Shown here: positions 7,467 to 16,965 of the stretch, piece after piece
Numbering within the stretch: position 1 is the first letter of the stretch
How the letters are laid out: each line of letters begins with the position of its first letter
From: Alphaproteobacteria bacterium
GTDB lineage: Bacteria > Pseudomonadota > Alphaproteobacteria > Rs-D84
Assembly (NCBI GenBank): GCA_017475605.1
Contig: JAFVFD010000004.1
Span: 116,224 to 148,223, forward strand
Direction: 5' to 3'
DNA length: 32,000 nt
Notes under the pieces: model-generated
The model's input: the letters and a program-made list of their open reading frames with translations, nothing else
Told to the model about the DNA's origin: nothing
Databases searched by the model: none
Translations under genes and position numbers: made by a program

Positions 7467-8735
7467 ATGAATCTTTTTCGGCGATTTTTACCGTACATGT
7501 TTTTGGCGGCTATGTTCATATTGCCGATGCCCGCATTTGCGGAATGGGGGATCATTGACCAATTAAACCTGGCCCCGTTTGTGCCACTGGTGCTGGATGC
7601 AATGATGACTATTGCCACCGGCGGATATGAATTTTTTGTTGGCAACGGAAACGGCATAATCTATTTATTGGTTTGGGGATTTATTGCCATTACGATTATT
7701 TTATACCTGGTGAAATTATATCTGCCGAAAACATGGGGCGATGTATTTGGCTTTTCTGGGTCCGGCACATTGTGGGATGGTAAAACAGGTGCGCAAACAA
7801 TTGTCTATAATGTTATGAAACCATGCCTGCGCGGCATTATTGCGGCGGTATTGTTGTTACAGATTCGCCCCGCTATGTTAACCCAGGTGTTAGTTAATCC
7901 GTTTTTACAATTTGGCGCAATTTATACACACGCAATAACAGAAACAATCAATGATGCAAAGGGAACCACGAAAAAGATAAAATGTCCGGAATCGATTGTT
8001 CAACACAAATGGATTTCTAAATCATCATGCGAATTTTTAATTCAACCGGTATCTGATTTATCGGCCGCGAACAACACGATTATTAAACGCGGATTTGAAT
8101 TTTTAACATCGGGGTTGCGTGGTCTTATTACAATTGTGCCACATGGTGGGGGCGACTTTTTAAACATCATCACTGGAATAATTTTAATTGCCACATTCTT
8201 TTCCAGCAATTTATTTATGGCATTGTTAATCATAGAAGCAATTTTCAAATTCGGCATGGCATTGGTACTGTATCCGTTCCAGGTATTGTCCTATGTCGCA
8301 AAGCCAAATGACAAATGGTTGGATATATGGCCTGCATTCGCCGGCATTACCAAGGAATTACAGGGGCTTGTTATCACAATGATAATGTGTTCGTTTATGT
8401 TGTGTATAAACCTGGCAATTATTCGCGCATTGTTCACATGGAATAATTCTATTTTTGTTGTTGCGGCCGGTGGCAGTGCATACAGCAATGTTCCCGTTGT
8501 CGCGCGTGCGGCCGGCGGATTTGGCGAACATTCTATTTTGTGGTTGTCGTCTATTTTGACCTTTTACCTTATGTTCAAATTATTCGACTTAACCCAGAAA
8601 CAACTTGAAACCTATGTTGGTGGGCGCGGTAAATTGTATGACCAGGTTATCGGCGACACAAAGACATTGTGGTCGCGAATCAAAGACACAGGCAAATCAA
8701 TCGGCACAGCGGCGGGGTGGATTAAAAAGAAATGA
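7467..8735 (+). CDS. polytopic membrane protein, paralog 2 of 5 (TrbL/VirB6-like architecture, tentative)
   Basis: 422 aa. It has a cleavable-looking signal peptide (…PMPAFA/EWGIIDQL, reminiscent of the TrbL N-terminus), the loop Cys pair KCPES...SSCEFL, a hydrophobic core ...KFGMALVLYPFQVLSYVA, and a C-terminal WIKKK. Confidence 0.85.
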   Translation: MNLFRRFLPYMFLAAMFILPMPAFAEWGIIDQLNLAPFVPLVLDAMMTIATGGYEFFVGNGNGIIYLLVWGFIAITIILYLVKLYLPKTWGDVFGFSGSGTLWDGKTGAQTIVYNVMKPCLRGIIAAVLLLQIRPAMLTQVLVNPFLQFGAIYTHAITETINDAKGTTKKIKCPESIVQHKWISKSSCEFLIQPVSDLSAANNTIIKRGFEFLTSGLRGLITIVPHGGGDFLNIITGIILIATFFSSNLFMALLIIEAIFKFGMALVLYPFQVLSYVAKPNDKWLDIWPAFAGITKELQGLVITMIMCSFMLCINLAIIRALFTWNNSIFVVAAGGSAYSNVPVVARAAGGFGEHSILWLSSILTFYLMFKLFDLTQKQLETYVGGRGKLYDQVIGDTKTLWSRIKDTGKSIGTAAGWIKKK

Positions 8736-9934
8736 ACGAAATAGCAGGCAATCTTATCGATGGCGCAATTCAATGCTATGGTTGTCCGATATTTGATCGG
8801 CTGTTTCAAATTGTGTCTGAATCTGCCGCGGCAATATATCGACCAATGGCATTTTTAGCCACATTGATTTTTGTTATATTGTTTGCATTCTATGTTGTTA
8901 ACGCGGTGTGGCAAAATATCAAGAAAGATGTTCCAGACCCATGGTATCAAAAATCGATTCGCCCAGTTATTATAAATTCATTAATTGCGCTGACTTTTTT
9001 GTGGGCGGGGGTTGGGCTGCCACGACTTATTACGACCGCAACTTTTGAACCTGTTACAGAAATATCATTAATCTATACACAAAGTATGCTTAACATTGAT
9101 AACGATGTTGTTAATGAACGCGTAACATATCAGCCAATGAAAATGTCAGACGATGGTTTTTTCAGACCACAACTGCGCGACAAAATTATTATGCTAATGA
9201 AAACAACGATTACCCAATTTCAATCATATATGAAACTTGGGATTGCGGTGATGGATACCGCGTTTACATGGCGTGCATTGCTGGGTATTGGATCCCTGGT
9301 TAAACATATTATTTTGTTCTTTGTTGGTTTATATATTTTCTATGCGTTCTTTAAATTATTTTTCAGGTTCTGTTGTTATTTCGCAGATATTATTGTTGCG
9401 ATGGCATTGTTTGCGTTTTTCTTTCCGTTATCTTTGGTATTAATTGCATTTCGTGGTGCAGACAATGTTCCATCGTGGATATCGGGTTTGGGTAAAGATG
9501 TTGGTATAAATCAATTTAAGAATCTTATAAACGCAATCGTTGCATTGGCATCTGCGGTGATAACATATACGGTAATTATGGTTATAATAGCGCGTTTCTT
9601 TACATCACCAGATGCATCGGTGGACGAAATTATAACCGCAATAACAACCGGCAATGTTTTCAACGCAGATTTATCTGATGATAACATTGAATCACTTACC
9701 ATTATGGGTACTGTTGTTTTGGTATATGTTATAAACTTTATACAAACCAAAATCCCAGAAGTAAGCAATATGGTTATGTCCGCATTTAATGTAAAGCCTG
9801 ATAATAAACTAAGTGAACAATTGGCAAACGATGCGATGGCATTAACATCTGCTACTTTTAACACTGTGAAAAATGTTGGTAAAATAATAATTAACGGTGG
9901 CGAAACCAAAGACAAGAAAGACGACAAGAAATGA
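8732..9934 (+). CDS. polytopic membrane protein, paralog 3 of 5 (TrbL/VirB6-like architecture, tentative)
   Basis: 400 aa. Its ATG overlaps the paralog 2 stop as ATGA (8732-8735). It has an N-terminal QCYGCPIFDRLFQIV (the IFD..F stretch resembles the VirB6 N-terminus), LPRLITTATFEPV, the core ...AMALFAFFFPLSLVLIAF, and a C-terminal KDKKDDKK. Confidence 0.85.
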   Translation: MNEIAGNLIDGAIQCYGCPIFDRLFQIVSESAAAIYRPMAFLATLIFVILFAFYVVNAVWQNIKKDVPDPWYQKSIRPVIINSLIALTFLWAGVGLPRLITTATFEPVTEISLIYTQSMLNIDNDVVNERVTYQPMKMSDDGFFRPQLRDKIIMLMKTTITQFQSYMKLGIAVMDTAFTWRALLGIGSLVKHIILFFVGLYIFYAFFKLFFRFCCYFADIIVAMALFAFFFPLSLVLIAFRGADNVPSWISGLGKDVGINQFKNLINAIVALASAVITYTVIMVIIARFFTSPDASVDEIITAITTGNVFNADLSDDNIESLTIMGTVVLVYVINFIQTKIPEVSNMVMSAFNVKPDNKLSEQLANDAMALTSATFNTVKNVGKIIINGGETKDKKDDKK

Positions 9935-11370
9935 AAGCAAAAATCATAATGATTCTTGTAAAATTCTTACTGGGCGCAATTGCGTTGGGCCTTGGTATTT
10001 GGTATTTGTCGTCATCTATTGGTGGGGATGCACTAACATATACCAGTATGGGCAACTTCATGACCGCAATTGGTGCGGGCGACAATGTAGCAAATACGAA
10101 CGGCTGTTTCTTTTGCAGGTATGTAACCGATTTGTTTGGTGTATTGGGGCGCGCGACCGAATTGTTTTGGGATGCGATTGTAAATTACCTTTGGTTATTA
10201 ATGGCTATTGGTTTTGGTGTATTCTTGTTCACATATACTGGACAATATATTTATGATGCCGCGAAAAAAACCGCCACATTGGATACAAAAGAAAAGAAAC
10301 TTGAACTAAAAGCCTGGTTTGACAAGGTCTGGCGCCAGGGTGTTCGTATTTTGGTTGCTGGTGCATTTTTGGGCACACTGGGGCTGGGTGGCACAACCGC
10401 ATTAAAATATGTCGCAAAAATCACTATTACCCCCGTTATGTTTGTTGGCGCAGAATTGGGAATGGCGGCATCTGGTGTATCTGATTCCACACATTGTGGT
10501 GCCATGGAAACGGTTGAAGAAACAAATGACATCTTAAACCCTGTATTACAACCATTTATGTGTTCTATTGGAAATCTTAATGCCGTAACATTGGCGGGTG
10601 CGGCCGGCGGCTTTTCATTAATGAATTACGCATGGCTGGGTATGGGCGGTGGCGCAATCACTTGGATTGCGGGATTGGCCCTGGTTATAATGTTTTTAAT
10701 TATCGGGTTTGATTTATTTTTCCAGGTACTGGGTGTCGTATTCAAATTGATATTCCTTATTATCTTTATGCCATTATTTATTGCGGCATATGCATTTGAA
10801 CCAGTATGGAAGGCCGCATCGGGACTTGTAACGCGGGCAATTGAAATGCTGGTTTCATCAGCAGTAAAAATAGTTGCAATATCATTAAAAATTGTGATTA
10901 TTTACGCGACGGTATCATATGCCGCCGATGCGTTTTTCCCAGGCCCCGTTGATGGGTTCAGCACAATTTTACCACCAATGATGAATCAAGCCGTTCAAAA
11001 TCCTGATGCAAAGACTTTGTCGGTAATGAACACATTTTCTGAATGCGAACGCGTCGCGTTGGCGGACGGCGAAATGGATGCAGATAAATTCAAAAACTGT
11101 TTTACCGCGCATCGCGCAACTGTTGAACGCAGATACCCAGGCGCATTTGATTTTATGGGCGACGGTTGGGGATTTATGATGTTGATGATTGGATTGTTCG
11201 CCTTGTATTATTGGGTCATATCGCCCAAGATTGATACGTTGTTGGCATCAACCAAAGACGGCGATGACACATTTGATTTTGGCACCAACATAAAACAGCT
11301 GGGTAAAAACATTTGGAACATACCGGTACAATTAACAGAAAAAATAACATCGGCATTGGGTAAAAAATAA
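9931..11370 (+). CDS. polytopic membrane protein, paralog 4 of 5 (TrbL/VirB6-like architecture, tentative)
   Basis: 479 aa, with an ATGA overlap with paralog 3 (9931-9934). It has GCFFCRYVTDLFG, the loop Cys pair THCGAME...PFMCSIGNL, and the core GFDLFFQVLGVVFKLIFLIIFMPLFIAAYAFEP (cf. A. tumefaciens VirB6 ...YDAVGILTKVLLAIGPLILVGYIF). It also has an extra Cys pair near the C-terminus and ends in GKK. Confidence 0.85.
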   Translation: MKAKIIMILVKFLLGAIALGLGIWYLSSSIGGDALTYTSMGNFMTAIGAGDNVANTNGCFFCRYVTDLFGVLGRATELFWDAIVNYLWLLMAIGFGVFLFTYTGQYIYDAAKKTATLDTKEKKLELKAWFDKVWRQGVRILVAGAFLGTLGLGGTTALKYVAKITITPVMFVGAELGMAASGVSDSTHCGAMETVEETNDILNPVLQPFMCSIGNLNAVTLAGAAGGFSLMNYAWLGMGGGAITWIAGLALVIMFLIIGFDLFFQVLGVVFKLIFLIIFMPLFIAAYAFEPVWKAASGLVTRAIEMLVSSAVKIVAISLKIVIIYATVSYAADAFFPGPVDGFSTILPPMMNQAVQNPDAKTLSVMNTFSECERVALADGEMDADKFKNCFTAHRATVERRYPGAFDFMGDGWGFMMLMIGLFALYYWVISPKIDTLLASTKDGDDTFDFGTNIKQLGKNIWNIPVQLTEKITSALGKK

Positions 11371-12698
11371 TGATGAAATATGTGCGTACATTTTTATCAA
11401 AATTATTTATCGCAATCGTGTGTGCGGTAATATCTGTGTCTGCGATTGCGGCAACTAATATCCCCGCCGGTGACATTGGCGATTACGGAAACTTTATCAC
11501 CGAACAAAACATAGATTCGTTCCGCAAGGCACTTGTCGGCGAAGATGGCGACTTGGTCTATTTCCAGGATAATTTCCAGAAACAATTAGTGCGCGATTAT
11601 GTCCCAGTAGAAGCACGTGTTGGCCTTGCAATGATGAATGCGTTAACACATGTCGCAAAAATACTGGATACAACACTGGTACGATTTATGGTGATATTCA
11701 TAATTGTTATGTATCTTTTCTGGGTGATGTTCGAAGCATATAATTTCATGTCCGGTGGTACAGGTAATGTAAAAAAACTATTTATGGATATTGGTAAAAA
11801 GGCAATATGGATAATTATATGGATGGCTGTTTTAGAAATAGGCCCCGCTGAATTATTCTTGTATGCAATGATGCCTATTATTTCAATCGGGACTTACTTG
11901 TCTGATTTTATTTTGAACGCGGTTGCGGCTGTATCGGGTGCCGTTTTGCCGGACACATGCGCGGCCATTCATGAATATACTGCTGCAAATGCTGCACCAA
12001 ATATGTTAATAAGTGCGAATGCCGCCGCCGACCTTATGTGTGTGCCGACACGTCTTTCCGGATTTTTCACCAGTGCAATTGCGATGGGGTGGAAATGGAT
12101 GGTTGGTGGCATTGGGCACAGTGCGTTTGGCTTTGCCATTGGTGCCGCATTTGTCGTTGTCTTTGCGTGGAACACGTGGAAATTCGCATTGATGGCATTG
12201 GGTGTAATAATGGACTTGTTCCTGGGGATAATAATGTTGCCGTTTACTGCATTGGCCGAAACAATAACACCAACATCGTACAAGGGACTGGCCGGAAACA
12301 TTTTCAATGGCTTTATAAAACTATTCAATGTGGGGCCGGTAAAGTTGGATGCGCAAATAAGTCGCTTTGTTAATGCCGCAATTTATTTTGTAACATTATC
12401 TATTGTTATTGCGATTTGTGCGGGGTTGCTGTACGGAATAATTGGAACAGATTCGGCAAATCAAATACCAACCTTGGAAAACGATGGCTTTATACCGGCA
12501 TTGCTAACAGGTTTACTTACTGCGTACCTGGCGAATCGCGCAGATGAATTTGCGAATAAACTGGGCGGCAAAGACAAGGGCTTGGTAGATACATCTTTTG
12601 GAACTAAATTCGGCGAAGATATAAAAACATTGGCCACCAACACATATAAAACCGCGAAAGATTGGGCCAAGGCAATCGCCGATGACAAGAAAAAATAA
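11370..12698 (+). CDS. polytopic membrane protein, paralog 5 of 5 (TrbL/VirB6-like architecture, tentative)
   Basis: 442 aa, with a TAATG one-base overlap with paralog 4. It has a signal peptide (...VSAIAATN), the loop Cys pair DTCAAIHE...LMCVPTRL, the core ...VIMDLFLGIIMLPFTALAETI, and a C-terminal ADDKKK. Confidence 0.85.
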   Translation: MMKYVRTFLSKLFIAIVCAVISVSAIAATNIPAGDIGDYGNFITEQNIDSFRKALVGEDGDLVYFQDNFQKQLVRDYVPVEARVGLAMMNALTHVAKILDTTLVRFMVIFIIVMYLFWVMFEAYNFMSGGTGNVKKLFMDIGKKAIWIIIWMAVLEIGPAELFLYAMMPIISIGTYLSDFILNAVAAVSGAVLPDTCAAIHEYTAANAAPNMLISANAAADLMCVPTRLSGFFTSAIAMGWKWMVGGIGHSAFGFAIGAAFVVVFAWNTWKFALMALGVIMDLFLGIIMLPFTALAETITPTSYKGLAGNIFNGFIKLFNVGPVKLDAQISRFVNAAIYFVTLSIVIAICAGLLYGIIGTDSANQIPTLENDGFIPALLTGLLTAYLANRADEFANKLGGKDKGLVDTSFGTKFGEDIKTLATNTYKTAKDWAKAIADDKKK

Positions 12699-12700
12699 TT

Positions 12701-14773
12701 TTACAAAATCGTTACATAAGACCGCATAACATTTTTAATACCATGCTTGCCAAAGGCGATTGTTAAAACATCACCATTATCGGCAATAACGGTACCATGC
12801 CCCAATTCACTGTGCGACACCAGTTTTCCCACCAATGTTTCGGGTGCGATGCGTGGCAACGCGCGTCGTGGTTGGGAATAAGATGAATATGTTTGACGCG
12901 TGGATGCCGTCCCGCCCTGAAAATTCAAATACCGCGCATCCATTTCAGATATAAACCGCGATTGCGGGTTATACTGTCGCGCACCAAACACCATTCGTGT
13001 CATAGCATTAGAAATTACCGCACGTTTACGGGCGCGTGTAATCGCGACATATGCCAACCGTCTTTCTTCCTCTAGCCCGCCTTCACCTATTGATTTATCA
13101 TTTGGGAAAATACCTTCTTCCCATGCCGGCATATAGACATAATCAAATTCCAGCCCCTTGGCCGCATGAATAGTCATAATGCTTACTGCATTTTTATCGG
13201 CACCCAATTTATCGTCTTCGTCATCATCTGTGGTCATTAATGCGGCCTGTTCCAGAAACTCTGGCAAAGAATCATATTTTGCAATTACATCATTTATCAA
13301 TTCGCGAATATTGTCCAGACGTTCCGCACTGTCCGCATCATGTGAATCGCGCCACATTTGTAAATAGCCCGATTGTTCCAACAGATTTTGTGCCACCTGC
13401 TTTGGTGCCATATTTGCCCAGTCTATGTTAAACACATCCAGGAACGCATCCGCCGATGCACGCTGTTTCGCACTTAAATTCGCCGTCCGCAACCCCGCCA
13501 TTAAATTAGGCCCCGCCGCGCGTAATTTATCAATCGCCGATGCCCCAAATCCGCGCCGCGGTTTTCCAATAATGCGCAGGAATGAAATATCATCGAACGG
13601 ATATACCAACAAACGCAAATACGCAATCGCATCACGAATTTCGGCACGATCATAAAACTTGGTTGCGCCAACAAGGCGATATGAAATACCGCGCCGCGAA
13701 AATTCTTCTTCAAATAATCGCGACAGGCTGCCTGCGCGAATAAGGACCGCATGTTTATTAAAATCGCCCGCACGCGAAATTGCATCGGCAATAACCCGCG
13801 CTTCGTCAATATCACTGGGGACAGTCAACACATATACCGGTTCGCCAGCCACATCTGACTTCACACTGCGCAAATCTTTGCCAAGGCGACCCCGATTATT
13901 CCGTATTAACGAATTTGCCGCCCCCAAGATATTTCCTGTACTGCGGTAATTTGTTTCCAGGCGAATTATCGTTGCGTTTTTATATACCTTGTCAAAATTC
14001 AGAATATTTTTAATTTCCGCGCCGCGCCACGAATAAATAGATTGGTCATCATCGCCAACACAACAAATATTCGGGTTTTCCGACCCCCGCGTTAGCATTT
14101 CCAACAACTGCATTTGGGCGGCATTGGTATCCTGGAATTCGTCCACCATGATATATTTAAATTGACGTTGATAACGGGCCAAAATTTCGGGCTGTGTATT
14201 GAATAACTTTAAGACATATAAGATTATATCACCAAAATCAATTGCCCCCATACGCGCCAATTCTGCGTTATATGCAATATATGTTTTGTCTTTATTGTCC
14301 AGCGCAGACAACCCCCGGTCTTTGATAGAAGAAAATTGTTCGACATAATCGCCCGGGGTTTTCGTTGATTGTCCCATATCCGCCAGCACAGATTTAACCA
14401 CAGCCCGCTGGTCATCTTCGCCAAAAATGATAAAGTCATTCCGCAACCCCGCCGCCGCGGCATTTGCACGTAATATTCGCAAACAAATTGAATGGAATGT
14501 CCCACACCAAAGGTCGCGTGCGTACCACCCCGCGCCATCTTCCGCGAATGCGGCAATGCGCGTTTTCATTTCATTTGCGGCCTTGTTTGTGAATGTTAAT
14601 GCCAAAACCTGCCATGGCAAAGCCAATGCTTTATTTAAAATATATGCCACACGTGTTGTTAAAACGCGGGTTTTCCCGGTTCCCGCACCAGACAGCACCA
14701 AAACCGGCCCCTCTGTCGTTTTTACCGCCGCCAATTGTTCCGCGTTAAGATTTTCTAGCATTCGTTCCATCAT
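12701..14773 (-). CDS. uvrD: UvrD/PcrA/Rep-family ATP-dependent DNA helicase (superfamily 1)
   Basis: LNAEQLAAV...VLSGAGTGKT (Walker A), VDEFQDTN, SWRGA, TNYRS and TIHAAKGLEF are typical SF1 helicase motifs. The track ORF starts at a GTG (14788). The ATG at 14773 is preferred because TATTAT lies 6 nt upstream of it. Confidence 0.9.
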   Translation of the reverse strand: MMERMLENLNAEQLAAVKTTEGPVLVLSGAGTGKTRVLTTRVAYILNKALALPWQVLALTFTNKAANEMKTRIAAFAEDGAGWYARDLWCGTFHSICLRILRANAAAAGLRNDFIIFGEDDQRAVVKSVLADMGQSTKTPGDYVEQFSSIKDRGLSALDNKDKTYIAYNAELARMGAIDFGDIILYVLKLFNTQPEILARYQRQFKYIMVDEFQDTNAAQMQLLEMLTRGSENPNICCVGDDDQSIYSWRGAEIKNILNFDKVYKNATIIRLETNYRSTGNILGAANSLIRNNRGRLGKDLRSVKSDVAGEPVYVLTVPSDIDEARVIADAISRAGDFNKHAVLIRAGSLSRLFEEEFSRRGISYRLVGATKFYDRAEIRDAIAYLRLLVYPFDDISFLRIIGKPRRGFGASAIDKLRAAGPNLMAGLRTANLSAKQRASADAFLDVFNIDWANMAPKQVAQNLLEQSGYLQMWRDSHDADSAERLDNIRELINDVIAKYDSLPEFLEQAALMTTDDDEDDKLGADKNAVSIMTIHAAKGLEFDYVYMPAWEEGIFPNDKSIGEGGLEEERRLAYVAITRARKRAVISNAMTRMVFGARQYNPQSRFISEMDARYLNFQGGTASTRQTYSSYSQPRRALPRIAPETLVGKLVSHSELGHGTVIADNGDVLTIAFGKHGIKNVMRSYVTIL

Positions 14774-14829
14774 TTCTTTATAATACACTAAAATTTAATC
14801 AAAGACACATTTATTTTACGGGATTGGGG

Positions 14830-15513
14830 ATGAAAAGGGTTATTTGTTTTGATATTGAAACGACGGGGCTGGAATATGCGCGTGGCGACCGCTGTATTGA
14901 AATCGGGGCGGTGGAAATAGACGATGGGGTTATAACGGACCGTACTTTTCATGAATATATTAACCCGGACGGCAAAATTATTCCGAATGATTCCTATATG
15001 GTCCACAAGATATCCAATGCTTTTTTGGAAGACAAACCAAAAATGTCGGTTGTTGCGCCACGTTTTTTGGAATTTATTGGCGATGCACCAATTGTTGCGC
15101 ACAATGGGGCGGACTTTGACTTTCCATTCATGAATTTTGAATTATCAAAATTGGGCTTGCCCCCTATTCCCAAAAGCCAACAACTTGATTCTATTGTAAT
15201 TGCGCGTAATCGTGTATTTGGACCAAAAAGTCTTTCACTGGATTCACTTGCTAAATGGTTTGGAATATCACTTACCGCGCGTGCGGATGCGCATGGCGCG
15301 CTTATTGACGCCGAGATTTTGGCCAAGGTATTTATCGAACTTGAAAACACCGCGCCGGCACCCGACATTCACGATGTAATTGCGAAACAGCACGCGGCAT
15401 TTCTGGCACAACCAAAGACAGACGGATCGTTTCCGCACCGCACATTTACCGCACACGACGACGAATTGGAAAACCACAACGCATTTATAAAAAAAATCAA
15501 CGGGGAAAAATAA
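14830..15513 (+). CDS. dnaQ: DNA polymerase III epsilon subunit-like 3'-5' exonuclease (DEDDh)
   Basis: VICFDIETTGL (ExoI), VAHNGADFDFPF (ExoII) and HGALIDAEILAKV (ExoIII). The track ORF starts at a TTG (14824). I trimmed it to the ATG at 14830, which follows a G-rich Shine-Dalgarno sequence. Confidence 0.88.
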   Translation: MKRVICFDIETTGLEYARGDRCIEIGAVEIDDGVITDRTFHEYINPDGKIIPNDSYMVHKISNAFLEDKPKMSVVAPRFLEFIGDAPIVAHNGADFDFPFMNFELSKLGLPPIPKSQQLDSIVIARNRVFGPKSLSLDSLAKWFGISLTARADAHGALIDAEILAKVFIELENTAPAPDIHDVIAKQHAAFLAQPKTDGSFPHRTFTAHDDELENHNAFIKKINGEK

Positions 15514-15583
15514 CCAGCCTGTGTTGCACAACAAAGGCCCCAACATTACCATATTCGTTTATTTATAACCCAAACAACGACTA

Positions 15584-16957
15584 TTAATCGGCATCGTCCC
15601 ATATTATGAACATATAGAATGGTCGTCCACCTGTATTTGCCAGATTCGGATATGTCCATGGCAAATCTTCCATTTTGATATATTTATTCACCGGTTTTCC
15701 CGTTTCATCATAAATTTTTTGTGATGTAAATGTAAAATCACCGCCCGCTGTACCATCAATATGATATGTTTTGGTAAGGTCCTTTTCCCACATTGAATAT
15801 ATACCAGCAAATTTCTTTCCGCTTGGCGGGGTCAGGTTGTTCACATAATTGGTCAAATCTGGCAATTGCAACATTCCCGTATTACCACTTTCGTCCTTGC
15901 CATAAGAAGTACCAACGGCCGTTCTGAATAAAAATACCCTTGAATAACCATTATTGGTATCCATCAAAGATACAGGATTGTTATAACCCCACGGCAAGAA
16001 ATAATATGTATCGGCACTTTCATAAGTATCTGGATTATATCCATTTGGGGTAAATTGATTAATTCTCGCCATACCATAGCCAAGGTTATAGACATTTATT
16101 TCATTTTCGCATGGAATCAAATGACGCACATCTTTGTTCATCCTTAATGCCCAACATTGACCAATAAAATCTTTTACAATCGCCGCACAATCTTCTGGCC
16201 CCGCAAGGGTTGATTGATTTGTTGTCTGAACAGGTTTAATAAATGTGTCGCCGGTCTTGGCCGCGGGATAACCTGATAAGTCATTAGAACATGTATTTTC
16301 AAGGGTCTTCGGTTCTTCTGGGGTTACAGGGTCCACGGGTTCCGGGGCGGGATTTTCCACACGCAAATATAAATCTGTCGCGGACGAAGTGGTTGCGGGG
16401 GCTGAGCCACTGGCACTATAAACCTGATTCCCAGATTTCTGGCTGTCATATGCCCCACTAAATGTAACCCCTGTCTTGCTTTGTGTGTTCGCAAAAAGGG
16501 TTTGTAAATCTGGCAATTTATTTTTTATCTTTATCAAGGTAACATATCCGGCATTACCAGATAATTCAATATACTTTTTAAGGTTTGCATATTTATCAGA
16601 AACCGTACTGTCAACATGCAATTGTATCAAATTGTCGGATGAAACCAATGCCTGTTGAACAGTCTGTGTTGTTGCCGCACGGTTTTTTGTTCCACCGGAT
16701 AATGTCCGTGTATTCCGGGTGGTTGCACGTGCCGCATCTGAAACAATTGATGAACGCGATTTTACTTGCGTGTTTTTGGCAACACCTGAAACTTGTACCC
16801 CTGCCCGTTGGGCCACCGTACGGGTTGCGATTGTATTTCGTGGTGTTGGCGCAACCGTTGCCCGTGTGGAAATGTTTTGGGTCGCGGCGACCCCAGTGGT
16901 AATCAATCCGATTTCCAAAAATAATACAGACAAAAACATATATATCTGTTTCGTCAT
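15584..16957 (-). CDS. secreted protein A (457 aa) with an Arg/Thr-rich repeat N-module and a distinct Asn/Tyr/Gly-rich C-terminal domain
   Basis: Signal peptide, then STRATVAPTPRNTIATRTVAQR...ARATTRNTRTLSGGTKNRAATT, a Pro-rich linker (PAPEPVDPVTPEEP), and a four-Cys segment. It starts 8 nt after the stop of protein B, preceded by AGGA, so the two probably form an operon. Confidence 0.8.
   Translation of the reverse strand: MTKQIYMFLSVLFLEIGLITTGVAATQNISTRATVAPTPRNTIATRTVAQRAGVQVSGVAKNTQVKSRSSIVSDAARATTRNTRTLSGGTKNRAATTQTVQQALVSSDNLIQLHVDSTVSDKYANLKKYIELSGNAGYVTLIKIKNKLPDLQTLFANTQSKTGVTFSGAYDSQKSGNQVYSASGSAPATTSSATDLYLRVENPAPEPVDPVTPEEPKTLENTCSNDLSGYPAAKTGDTFIKPVQTTNQSTLAGPEDCAAIVKDFIGQCWALRMNKDVRHLIPCENEINVYNLGYGMARINQFTPNGYNPDTYESADTYYFLPWGYNNPVSLMDTNNGYSRVFLFRTAVGTSYGKDESGNTGMLQLPDLTNYVNNLTPPSGKKFAGIYSMWEKDLTKTYHIDGTAGGDFTFTSQKIYDETGKPVNKYIKMEDLPWTYPNLANTGGRPFYMFIIWDDAD
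16664..16876 (-). repeat. degenerate Arg/Thr-rich coding repeats (protein A, aa 28-98)
   Basis: Recurring (A/T)R(A/T)T(T/V) and RNT units in the translation, with locally GC-richer DNA containing many ACG/CGN codons. Confidence 0.6.
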
Positions 16958-16965
16958 ATTATATC

